A stretch of DNA of 48,470 bases, from positions 1 through 48,470 of the forward strand of contig JAFGHO010000081.1 of the NCBI GenBank assembly GCA_016930085.1. The letters run 5' to 3'. The notes beneath the pieces are model-generated. The model searched no databases. It had not been told where the DNA came from and saw nothing but the letters and a program-made list of their open reading frames with translations. The position numbers and the translations under genes are program-made. The stretch comes from Spirochaetales bacterium (GTDB lineage: Bacteria > Spirochaetota > Spirochaetia > SZUA-6 > JAFGRV01). Below, piece by piece: positions 1 through 8,548 of this stretch. Each line of letters opens with the position of its first letter. The stretch's first letter is position 1.

Positions 1-56
1 CTATTCCATCTAATTCGTTATAATAAAAGAAACTGACAAACTCATTACAATCGGAA

Positions 57-85
57 ATACTGACAATTTAATTAATTGTCAGTAT
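57..85. repeat. Near-perfect palindrome (12-bp stem TACTGACAATT.. / ..AATTGTCAGTA, 5-nt loop). It lies just 3' of the minus-strand lipoprotein gene, with no clear T-tract.
   Basis: Read directly: atactgacaatt-taatt-aattgtcagtat. Confidence 0.5.
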
Positions 86-139
86 AACTTATCTGCCGGT
101 TATATGTACTGCATCCCGGGGAAAACATCGTTATTGACA

Positions 140-1213
140 TTAATGTTCGATTCCAATTCCTTGATCGCCGCTTGTGTTTTTTGAACCGACAAGAAAATAT
201 CCGACAAAATAATCATATGTAGTAGTATCTGTATTTTTAACTGGATGTGTTGGACTACCTTGAGGAGGGAAAGAATTGTAAGTCCAATGTATAATGGAGG
301 GATTGGATATTTCGTTACCACTTAGATAGTTTACTCCATCGAGATTAGCAGCAATTGCCGGGCCATGCTTATGAGACCAATAACCATTTCTATCCAATCT
401 ATAAAAATGGTAATTGGAATATTTTTCAGTTTCTGTAATACTGGATTGTAAAACAAGTGCGATAACAGCCTGATTTTTTCCGGGAATAGGAATGGCATCG
501 TTGCCCATGTAAGGCAATTTGGTATTATCTTCCATCCAATCAATCATTTGATCTTTTGTATAATTACCGGACTGATATCCTTTAGGGTTTGTCCACGTAG
601 TTTTTATGATATTACGAGCATAATTATAACAATTATTATTCTGTATAGTCCCATTTTTATTCCATACATCAGGATCATATGATGGCGAATAAGAAAGATC
701 AAATGTCTTTGTATCTGTCTTTTTTGGACCGGTTTTCCATTTTCTGCTCCAAAAATATGCAGAGTAATATTCCCTGGCATATATTATAACAGTAAACTTA
801 TTTTTAGCTAATTCATCGGGTGATAAATCAATATGATATGTTTTATTATCGCCGGATCCCTCGACAACACCCTTAATGCTATACGTATCGATATATTTCT
901 CGACGATAACCTCCTTGGTCTCATTGTATCCCCATTGATTTGTTTTTGTTATTGTTTCACGCTCATAAGTTATTTCAGGTGATGTGTACCATACTTCTGA
1001 ATAATAATGTCTATAGTCGGTGTTATCATATGGTACATCCCAATGAAGACAATAGTGCGTTGCCGAACCTTTTGTTTTCTGATCGGGAATAGATGTATCT
1101 GTTTTATCATTATCATCCATTTTTTCGAGCTGACAACTCAACAGCAAAAGGAATAAATAACCAATCGATACTGCATTTCCCATAATCATAATCACCCTTT
1201 TTTTTCTTTTCAT
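140..1213 (-). CDS. Secreted protein, probable lipoprotein, in an AT-rich segment. Conserved Cys...His residues suggest a possible Cys/His hydrolase, function unknown.
   Basis: ORF 140..1288. Preferred start is the internal ATG at 1213, preceded by AGGAG (tttaaaggagtttttATG). The N-terminus MKRKKRVIMIMGNAVSIGYLFLLLLSC is a signal peptide with a lipobox-like LLSC. Confidence 0.6.
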   Translation of the reverse strand: MKRKKRVIMIMGNAVSIGYLFLLLLSCQLEKMDDNDKTDTSIPDQKTKGSATHYCLHWDVPYDNTDYRHYYSEVWYTSPEITYERETITKTNQWGYNETKEVIVEKYIDTYSIKGVVEGSGDNKTYHIDLSPDELAKNKFTVIIYAREYYSAYFWSRKWKTGPKKTDTKTFDLSYSPSYDPDVWNKNGTIQNNNCYNYARNIIKTTWTNPKGYQSGNYTKDQMIDWMEDNTKLPYMGNDAIPIPGKNQAVIALVLQSSITETEKYSNYHFYRLDRNGYWSHKHGPAIAANLDGVNYLSGNEISNPSIIHWTYNSFPPQGSPTHPVKNTDTTTYDYFVGYFLVGSKNTSGDQGIGIEH

Positions 1214-1536
1214 AAAAACTCCTTTAAAAACTATTTTATATTTCCCGCCCGGAATAACAGGAGGAATATATAATTTCGTGAAAATCATCGGCTACCATTT
1301 TGATGCTTGTATGGAAATAGTATCTCAAAGGGAAATCACTCTCTTTTCACTTAATATTTATTATACAAGGGATTGAATTGAATAATTGCACGGCATCTTT
1401 CATAAATATATAAACAGCAGAGTACGACAAACGCTTGCTCCGCTATAAAAAACCTTTGGCTTTTAGGGAGGCAACTCCACCCTGAATTATTTACAGGACG
1501 GGGTAATTTACTTGTTTTGAAGGCAAATGATTTCTT

Positions 1537-3174
1537 TCAGCAAAAACGCGAGATAAGGCCGACGTAATATTGCGCGATTCGTAAAGCATCGACGATATCG
1601 ACATCACCGTCACAATCCGCGTCTGCGGGCGCCGGATTGAACGCGGCCGGGTTCAGTCCCACGTAATACTGGGCGACAAGGAGGGCGTCGACAATATTTA
1701 TCACCCCGTCGGAGTTCGTATCCCCGATCATGCCGGTACCCGGGGGTGTGGTCGCACTGCTTCCGCCATAATATTCAAAGGCACCGATATCGGGGCCGCC
1801 GCCGTTCGGGCGGGTTCTGTCAAAATAATCGAACTGGTTGTCCAGATGCATAACCCCCGTGTCGACGGCCGGGCTTCCCTGCCTTGTCAGATCGAAATCG
1901 CCGGCCTCGTTCCCCGCGATGTTGGCAAACCCCAGATCGTTGTAGTCGGCGTCTCCCGTGCCGGAATACGTCCGGACGATATTGTTTTGGGAATTGAAAT
2001 TCTCGTGAATCTGGAATTGCGGGTCGGGAGTTACGCGGTCGAGGACAAACAGATTGTTGGTGAGAAACACCGTGTCCCTGTCCACGACGCCCCCCGTGAA
2101 TCCGGACGATGTGGCGGTGAATATGCTCCATAACATCCCTTCGTTGACGGACCCCGGGCGCTGAATGAGGGTGTTGTTGTAGAACTGCACGTTTCGGAGG
2201 ATCGTGTTGTTTACCTGAAGCAGCCCCATCCACCCGCTGTCGATAATGACGTTATCGTGCAGTGAAATATCTCTTACCGTGCCCCTTCTGTTCTGACCCG
2301 AGTCGTCAAAGAAAGAGGCCACCTCGAAAAACCCGCAGCAATTGTATGAATAGTTATGGTGTATGTGCACATTGTAAATATTGGCATTGGGATCGTCGGT
2401 GGCCTGGGCGGAGATTTCGGTGGCGCCGCCGTCACAGTCGACGAACCCGCCGACCCACCTGGCAGGCCCCGTGCAGTTGACGAAGCTGTTGTAGCACACT
2501 TCGCAATTGGCCGTGTTGACGAAAATTCCCTCGGCACCGCCCACCAGATTGGGATCGACGCCGGGTTCCTCGTCGATGCCCATGATCAGGTCGTGGACGT
2601 AGTTGCCCTTCACGAGCGTGTTCTGGCCGGCCACCATAATACCGATATCACTATCGTCTATCTCATTGTTGATAAATGTTGTGGCTCCCCCTAAAAACGC
2701 GGCGACACCGCCGACGATACCGTCGATTTTTCCGTTCGAATCCGGGGTAAAATCATGGACCATGGTGTTGTCCCCCCGTGCGCCGGACAAATACAGACCG
2801 TCGAAGGTAATCGGGCCCTTGAAGGTGATGATCACCGGACCCTGCCCCGGATCGTGCGAGACCATAAAGTGGGGGAGGGGATCGGTCGCCCTTCCGTAAT
2901 TGGTGTAGACCTGAATATTGGATGAGTACGGAATATCGAGCCGTCCCTGATACACGCTGCCCCGCTTGAAGCGGACGACCGCGCAATCCGACGGGACGGC
3001 GGCGAGTGTTCTCTTCGGCGAAGATTCCGAAAGTCCGTCATTGCCGTCATTGCCGTTCGAGCTGTCGACATAGCAGGTGCGGCCGAGAGAGTCGTAGTTC
3101 TGTGCGGAGAGAACCGCCGCCGGCAAAAAGAAGATCAGCATGATACATAATGTTGCTTTTGTTTTCATAGTCAC
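1537..3174 (-). CDS. Secreted right-handed parallel beta-helix (pectate-lyase-fold) protein with a C-terminal type-I dockerin repeat pair.
   Basis: Signal peptide MTMKTKATLCIMLIFFLPAAVLSA. Gly/Asn/Asp-rich beta-helix-like repeats (NxxG, HDN). C-terminal duplicated Ca-binding dockerin motif DTNSDGVINIVDALLVAQYYVG ... DADCDGDVDIVDALRIAQYYVG. AGGAG RBS 6 nt upstream. Confidence 0.75.
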   Translation of the reverse strand: MTMKTKATLCIMLIFFLPAAVLSAQNYDSLGRTCYVDSSNGNDGNDGLSESSPKRTLAAVPSDCAVVRFKRGSVYQGRLDIPYSSNIQVYTNYGRATDPLPHFMVSHDPGQGPVIITFKGPITFDGLYLSGARGDNTMVHDFTPDSNGKIDGIVGGVAAFLGGATTFINNEIDDSDIGIMVAGQNTLVKGNYVHDLIMGIDEEPGVDPNLVGGAEGIFVNTANCEVCYNSFVNCTGPARWVGGFVDCDGGATEISAQATDDPNANIYNVHIHHNYSYNCCGFFEVASFFDDSGQNRRGTVRDISLHDNVIIDSGWMGLLQVNNTILRNVQFYNNTLIQRPGSVNEGMLWSIFTATSSGFTGGVVDRDTVFLTNNLFVLDRVTPDPQFQIHENFNSQNNIVRTYSGTGDADYNDLGFANIAGNEAGDFDLTRQGSPAVDTGVMHLDNQFDYFDRTRPNGGGPDIGAFEYYGGSSATTPPGTGMIGDTNSDGVINIVDALLVAQYYVGLNPAAFNPAPADADCDGDVDIVDALRIAQYYVGLISRFC

Positions 3175-3339
3175 TCCTTTGCCGCTCCTTTTTTTACCGG
3201 TTAATTATGAAAGGGAAGCTGTACAATCGAAACCATAGCGGAACATGAGTAATGCGGATTTACCTTTTTTCCCTTCGGGCTTAATGTTATATCACTTTCA
3301 TATCCTTTACAACAGATATTTTTCATAATAATCCAAAGC

Positions 3340-4440
3340 ATGTTGAGATTATGTACATCAGTCTTCACAACATCGGTCTTTTTCTGTATTATGGAAGCCG
3401 AAAGGGTTCATGCTGTGAAAACACCGGCGCGATTACTTCGGCCGCAGGTTAAACGACTCATCGGGCTTTTTCTGATTCTCTTTGCGGCGGGGGGACTGCT
3501 GCTTCTTTTTTTTCTGCCCGGCGTACTGGCGATGGTCATTTCCGGTTGTATCGTCCTTTGCTGCTGCGCGGTCCCGGTCGTGACGGCCGTCGTTTTTTCG
3601 TCGAGCCCCGTTCTTTCGCCCAAAAAATTGTTGTTCGGAACAGCCGCGCCCGTATTCGGCCTTCTTTTTCTCGTTATCGCCCTGCCTGGTGTTCCGGATG
3701 CCGTACGCCCGTTCGGCGGTATTTTCTGCCCCGACGGGTATTCAGGTTATATCCCGTCGGCCTTGCCCCAACGCGACCGGTCTTCAGGTGAATCCGGTCC
3801 CGCTGCATCCCGGATCGACGGCACCTGCAGGAGTGAATACGGAACGGCGCATGTCGGGGGCAGGACGGTCCTTATCGGGATGGCGGCGGTCTATTTGTTT
3901 TTCTCTTTTTCGGTAATCGGGATTTCTCTTGCGGTACGGCGTTTCACTCATAACAGGCTTTCTGCGGCGAAACGGGTGGTCGTGTTTTCGATTGCCGCCG
4001 TCCTGTTTGCGGGATTTTGTTATTTTCCCGTTTCCCGGCTCATCAATGGCTTTCTTTACGCGGGAACGTCTCACCTTCTCGTTTCGGCGGCAGCGTATGA
4101 CGACCGCGATACGATCATCATGCTTCTGCAGAAGGGGGTGAGCGTCGATTCGGTCGATGAAGGAGGGAAAACGGCGCTTCATGCCGCCGCCCGAATCGGC
4201 AATACCGGGCTTGTTAAGTTTTTACTGAATAACGGCGCCTGTCCCGACAGCCGGGACTATAACGGGGAAACGCCGTTGATGGATGCCGTGTATGGACGGA
4301 AAGCGGAAGCGATACGTCTTCTTCTCGCTTATGGAGCGGATCCGGGGTTACGAAACAAAGCGGGAATGACGGCGTTCGATCTGGCGGTCTCGGAAAAAAA
4401 TACCGAACTCATCGGTATATTGAATCCTGCCGGGGGATAG
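3340..4440 (+). CDS. Integral membrane protein with C-terminal ankyrin repeats.
   Basis: Several hydrophobic helices at the N-terminus. C-terminal ANK repeats (TALHAAARIGNTGLVKFLLNNGACPDSRDYNGETPLMDAV...LLLAYGADPGLRNKAGMTAFDLAV). The start codon is uncertain; an internal Met is possible. Confidence 0.65.
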   Translation: MLRLCTSVFTTSVFFCIMEAERVHAVKTPARLLRPQVKRLIGLFLILFAAGGLLLLFFLPGVLAMVISGCIVLCCCAVPVVTAVVFSSSPVLSPKKLLFGTAAPVFGLLFLVIALPGVPDAVRPFGGIFCPDGYSGYIPSALPQRDRSSGESGPAASRIDGTCRSEYGTAHVGGRTVLIGMAAVYLFFSFSVIGISLAVRRFTHNRLSAAKRVVVFSIAAVLFAGFCYFPVSRLINGFLYAGTSHLLVSAAAYDDRDTIIMLLQKGVSVDSVDEGGKTALHAAARIGNTGLVKFLLNNGACPDSRDYNGETPLMDAVYGRKAEAIRLLLAYGADPGLRNKAGMTAFDLAVSEKNTELIGILNPAGG

Positions 4441-4635
4441 TGTCTCCGGCAGACGTCATGGAATCGCTTTTTCGTAAAAAAGGCATGCATTAATTACCGT
4501 ATGCAGGCCGCATCCTTTCAAGGCGGCATTTTACCGTTTATTCCTCTTTCCATTAAACAGCTATTTGTATATAATGTGCCCCGGTGCAGGAAGGTGCTAT
4601 TTACTTTTCAGGAAGAAAACTGGAGGGAATACAAA

Positions 4636-5402
4636 TGGAAGAAAAGATTTCACAGTCGATTATTCAAGGGTATTTCAAAAAACTGACGGATCACCTGCAT
4701 GTCGATGTAGCGATTGCGGGGGCGGGTCCGTCGGGGCTGGTAGCCGCGTTCGATCTCGCGAAAAAGGGCAGAAAAGTGGCTGTTTTTGAACGAAAGCTTG
4801 CACCGGGGGGCGGGACATGGGGCGGAGGAATGTTATTCAACGAGATCGTCGTTCAGGAGGATGCGTGCCGCATTCTGGATGATTTTGATATCCGTTACAA
4901 GCCGGCGGGACAGGGGTATGTTACCTCCGATTCGGTCGAGTTCGCGAGCGGCCTTATCCTGGGCGCGCTTCATGCGGGAGCCGTCATTTTTAACGGCATC
5001 AGTGTGGTCGATATCGTGTTCAAGAGGAACAAGGTGTCGGGCGTTGTCATTCTCTGGACCCCCATTCACCACCTCGACATGCATGTCGATCCCCTCGTCG
5101 TCACCTCGGAAGCGGTGCTCGACGGAACCGGTCACCCCAGCGAGATTGTCAGGTACGCGACGAAAAAGGCCGGTATCAAAATCGACACGGAATCGGGGGA
5201 TATTATGGGTGAAAAACCGATGTGGGTGGAAAGCGGTGAAGCGTCGACCGTTGAAAATACGAAACGCCTCTGTGACGGACTCTATGCGTCGGGCATGGCG
5301 GCGAACAATGTAAGCGGCGGTTTCAGGATGGGACCGATATTCGGCGGCATGTTGAAGAGCGGGCGCAAAGTCGCCCAGCTTATCATGAAAGACCTCGGAT
5401 AA
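4636..5402 (+). CDS. thi4: Thiazole biosynthesis enzyme Thi4 family (thiamine thiazole synthase).
   Basis: [49 protein letters not shown] ... DGTGH, a strong Thi4-family FAD/dinucleotide signature. ATG at 4636 is preceded by GGAGGG, so the 4584 start in the ORF track looks like an over-extension. Confidence 0.85.
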
Positions 5403-5411
5403 AGAACTGAA

Positions 5412-6041
5412 ATGGAAAAAACATTCGGCCTCTATGTCATCATCTCTGACCCGGAAGGATCATACACCCGGTACGCCGAAGCCGCGGTAAAGGCGGGAGC
5501 CGGGTTTGTGCAGCTCAGGATGAAAAAGGCCCCCAGAAAGGATATTATCCGGGTTGCCGGGGAGATACGGTCGATAACGCTCGGAAGTTCCACGCGTTTC
5601 ATTGTGAATGACGATGTTCTTGCCGCGGCAGCGGTCGACGCGGACGGAGTTCACCTGGGACAGGATGATATGCCGCTTCATATCGCCCGCGCCATATGGA
5701 ACGAGCCGCGTAAATTGTACGGGCTTTCGACACACAACCTGGCCCAGGCCCGGGCGGCGGCCGCATTGAAGCCGGATTACATCGGTGTGGGACCTGTATT
5801 TCCAACGCCAACAAAAGAACACCCCGATCCGGTGCTGGGCCTTTCGGCCATGGGAGATATCGTCAGGGAAATACCGCTCGTCGCCGTTGCGATCGGCGGC
5901 ATCACGATCGAGAACGTCCGGGACGTGCTCGAGCATGGTGCCGTCAATTTTTGCGCGGTGAGGGCGATCATGCGGAGTAATGATCCCTTCGGAACGATGA
6001 TTGCCTTCAGAGAGATCTGGGAGGAGATGACGGCTTTCTGA
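5412..6041 (+). CDS. thiE: Thiamine-phosphate synthase.
   Basis: Matches ThiE TIM-barrel motifs (FVQLRMKK, VHLGQDDMP, IGVGPVFPTPTK, AIGGI). It lies immediately downstream of thi4. Confidence 0.85.
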   Translation: MEKTFGLYVIISDPEGSYTRYAEAAVKAGAGFVQLRMKKAPRKDIIRVAGEIRSITLGSSTRFIVNDDVLAAAAVDADGVHLGQDDMPLHIARAIWNEPRKLYGLSTHNLAQARAAAALKPDYIGVGPVFPTPTKEHPDPVLGLSAMGDIVREIPLVAVAIGGITIENVRDVLEHGAVNFCAVRAIMRSNDPFGTMIAFREIWEEMTAF

Positions 6042-6134
6042 AACATCGTGTCTCTCATGCCCGCATAAAAAAAAGACAATCCATGCAATAATTCTCACCG
6101 TATTATCGTCATAAAGAAATAAGGAGGAATAAGT

Positions 6135-6674
6135 ATGGAAACGGTGATGAACGGCCTGGATTACCGGCTGATGGCGATTATATTCGGACTTCGCGATATG
6201 ATCAAACCGCCTCAGCGGGTACTGGAAGAAGCCCGCGTGCGGGCGGGACAACAGATTCTCGATTACGGCTGCGGTCCCGGAAGTTATTCGATTGCGGCGG
6301 CCCGATTGACGGGGAAAAGGGGGACGGTGTATGCCCTCGATGTGAATCCCCTTGCGATACGGAGTGTGCAAAAAAAATCCGCCGGAAAGGGACTTCCGAA
6401 TATCGTGACGATACAAAGCGATTGCAGAACGGGACTCGGCGATAAAAGTATCGATCGTGTTCTCTTATACGACATCTACCACATCCTCACCGATCCCCGC
6501 CCGATTTTAAAAGAGATATACAGGGTCATGAAGGATGATGCCGAACTCTCTTTCAGCGACCATCATATGACGACAAATCAGATTATCCGGAACGACCGGC
6601 TTATCGGATATTTCGAACCGATACGGTTCTCCGACAGCTCCATCGCATTCAGAAAAAGGGAATCCGTATTATAG
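6135..6674 (+). CDS. Class I SAM-dependent methyltransferase.
   Basis: Motif I ILDYGCGPGSYS and post-I acidic residue YALDVNP. AAGGAGGA RBS. Confidence 0.75.
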   Translation: METVMNGLDYRLMAIIFGLRDMIKPPQRVLEEARVRAGQQILDYGCGPGSYSIAAARLTGKRGTVYALDVNPLAIRSVQKKSAGKGLPNIVTIQSDCRTGLGDKSIDRVLLYDIYHILTDPRPILKEIYRVMKDDAELSFSDHHMTTNQIIRNDRLIGYFEPIRFSDSSIAFRKRESVL

Positions 6675-6795
6675 GACGATTGCATTGAGGCCTATGACCC
6701 GGCTGACCGCCGGCCCTATAATGAAGACGCGGCCGGCTCATCCCATGTCATACAAATATGGCGTATCCGGTGAATCGGAACAGGCAGCTTTCCTT

Positions 6796-6844
6796 TAAGG
6801 GCACTTCTAAAAACCTGCAAAGCAGATTTTTAGAAGTGCCCTTA
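6796..6844. terminator. 18-bp perfect inverted repeat (TAAGGGCACTTCTAAAAA / TTTTTAGAAGTGCCCTTA) with a 13-nt loop, followed by TTTTAT. It looks like a strong, possibly bidirectional, intrinsic terminator-like hairpin.
   Basis: Read directly from the sequence. It lies inside the N-terminal extension of ORF 6758..8074, which argues that that ORF really starts downstream. Confidence 0.55.
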
Positions 6845-6931
6845 TTTTATCTATTGATATTTCATTCCGGATACATATACTTTAGCCTATACCAATCAAG
6901 GGAGGATGAAGAATCCTGTTTACAGGTAATT

Positions 6932-8074
6932 ATGATTCATGTTTTTTTGATTCTGGATCAGTTTAGCGTCAGGGGAGAAGTGTTCGCATTCGATGCTTCT
7001 CTTTTTAAAGTTCACCGTATATATTGTACCGATCTCGATTCATACCTTTCAAGGCAGGCCGCCAAAGTAAAAAAAACAAACGACGGGGTTGTCTTTATCG
7101 ATTCCTCTTTTTTCGATAAGGAAAAAGTGGCTGGAATCGACCGGATTTTTGAAAAATACGGCCGCCGTACCAGGCTGCCGATTATCGTTTTCTGTCCCCC
7201 GGAGAAACTTCGCGTCAACCGTGAATACAAACTCTCCAACAGGGATTTTACCTATTGCCTGCAGACGAATGAAGCCGGATACAGCGAGGTCTATTTAAAA
7301 AATCTCAGCCAGTTTATAACGATTATTCTGGAAATTTCGCTTTGGCATGAACGGATTAATGATTTCATTATCAATTCATTCAGGATCAATGTCGATCACG
7401 TGTCTATCAGCCGGCAGAAACTCGAGATAGAGAAACTCAACAGGGAACTCATAAAACTGAGTACGATTGATTATCTCACATCGGTATTAAACCGGAGGGC
7501 CTTTTTCGAATCCATGGAAAGAGAACGGAAGCGTGTTCTTCGATTCTTATGGAGATTGGAGAACGAAGGCAATGACAAAATAAAAAAAGAAAGAAGAGCG
7601 ATATATAAACATAAACCCATCGGGACAATCAAGGATCATTGCTGTAAATTTTCCCTCGTTATTATCGATATCGATAATTTCAAATCGGTCAACGATACGA
7701 GAGGCCATATCGTCGGTGATATGGTACTCAAACGGGTCGCGGAAACCCTCCTCTCACCCGATCTGCTGCGTGAAACCGATTCGACGGGAAGGTACGGTGG
7801 GGAAGAGTTCACCATTTTGCTCGCCGACACAAACGAGCGGAACGCCTTTATTGTTGCCGAGCGGATTCATTCGCGAATCAACAATCTGGAGTTTTTGGAT
7901 TCGGATAAAAAAAACTTTTCGATTACCGTCAGTATAGGGATTTCGGAATTCAATACGAATGATGAAAATATCGAAGCGATTATAAAGAGAGCGGATGATG
8001 CCCTTTATTATGCAAAAAACCATGGGAAAAACCGGATTATCCGCTATAGTGAGATTTGTGAGGGAATGACATAA
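6932..8074 (+). CDS. GGDEF-domain diguanylate cyclase with an N-terminal degenerate receiver-like/unknown domain and an insertion inside the GGDEF domain.
   Basis: RRAFFESMERE ... DIDNFKSVND ... GRYGGEEF ... ADDALYYAKNHGKNR are canonical GGDEF motifs. The start at Met 6932 was chosen because the upstream part of ORF 6758 contains the hairpin. Start uncertain. Confidence 0.75.
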   Translation: MIHVFLILDQFSVRGEVFAFDASLFKVHRIYCTDLDSYLSRQAAKVKKTNDGVVFIDSSFFDKEKVAGIDRIFEKYGRRTRLPIIVFCPPEKLRVNREYKLSNRDFTYCLQTNEAGYSEVYLKNLSQFITIILEISLWHERINDFIINSFRINVDHVSISRQKLEIEKLNRELIKLSTIDYLTSVLNRRAFFESMERERKRVLRFLWRLENEGNDKIKKERRAIYKHKPIGTIKDHCCKFSLVIIDIDNFKSVNDTRGHIVGDMVLKRVAETLLSPDLLRETDSTGRYGGEEFTILLADTNERNAFIVAERIHSRINNLEFLDSDKKNFSITVSIGISEFNTNDENIEAIIKRADDALYYAKNHGKNRIIRYSEICEGMT

Positions 8075-8108
8075 CCGCGTACCCCGATCGATTTCCGATC
8101 CGGGCAAA

Positions 8109-8516
8109 TCAGACTGATTCCTGTTTTGTAATAATAAAAAGATCCTTACTCAGATTGTGAAGCATACTGAAGCTACTGGTATGCCAGACATTCGCTTTAT
8201 TGCAGACAAACTCGATCGTGTATTTCAGATTATCCGGTAACCGCATATCGTCCCGTGCCCATTTGATAAAAAGACTTATACCGGATGAGTTGATATAATC
8301 CAGCGCGGTGATATCGATCCGGATATGTTTTATGTTTTTCCTGATTATCTCGTCGTGTATCCTGCCGAGGATGGGGCTCATTTCATTGACGATATCGATA
8401 ATATCGATATTTCCGGAAAATGATATTGTCGTTCCTTCGACCCTTATCAGGGCTTTCTGATTTTGATATGACTTTTCTTCTAGCAAGGACTCTCTATTGC
8501 CGCGCCGCTCGTTCAT
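8109..8516 (-). CDS. STAS-domain protein (SpoIIAA-like anti-sigma-factor antagonist family).
   Basis: HIRIDITALDYINSSGISLFIKWARD resembles the STAS core (DLS-v-fiDSSG). Size 135 aa. Confidence 0.5.
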   Translation of the reverse strand: MNERRGNRESLLEEKSYQNQKALIRVEGTTISFSGNIDIIDIVNEMSPILGRIHDEIIRKNIKHIRIDITALDYINSSGISLFIKWARDDMRLPDNLKYTIEFVCNKANVWHTSSFSMLHNLSKDLFIITKQESV

Positions 8517-8548
8517 GATAGTATCACTTTAAAGATAAGGTACCCGCA

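Noticed and set aside
1820-3071. Cluster of 70-140-aa ORFs on both strands inside the dockerin/beta-helix gene (1820..2233, 1846..2133, 2262..2480, 2274..2537, 2356..2694, 2603..2899, 2753..2986, 2832..3071).
   Set aside because: They lie entirely within a well-supported 545-aa CDS and are Arg/Pro/Gly-rich, typical of antisense frames of a GC-rich gene. None has an RBS.
4441-4640. Possible TPP riboswitch upstream of thi4.
   Set aside because: No THI-box core sequence (CTGAGA / CCTGATCTGGATAATGCCAGCG) found by eye. Left as a finding for a cmscan check only.
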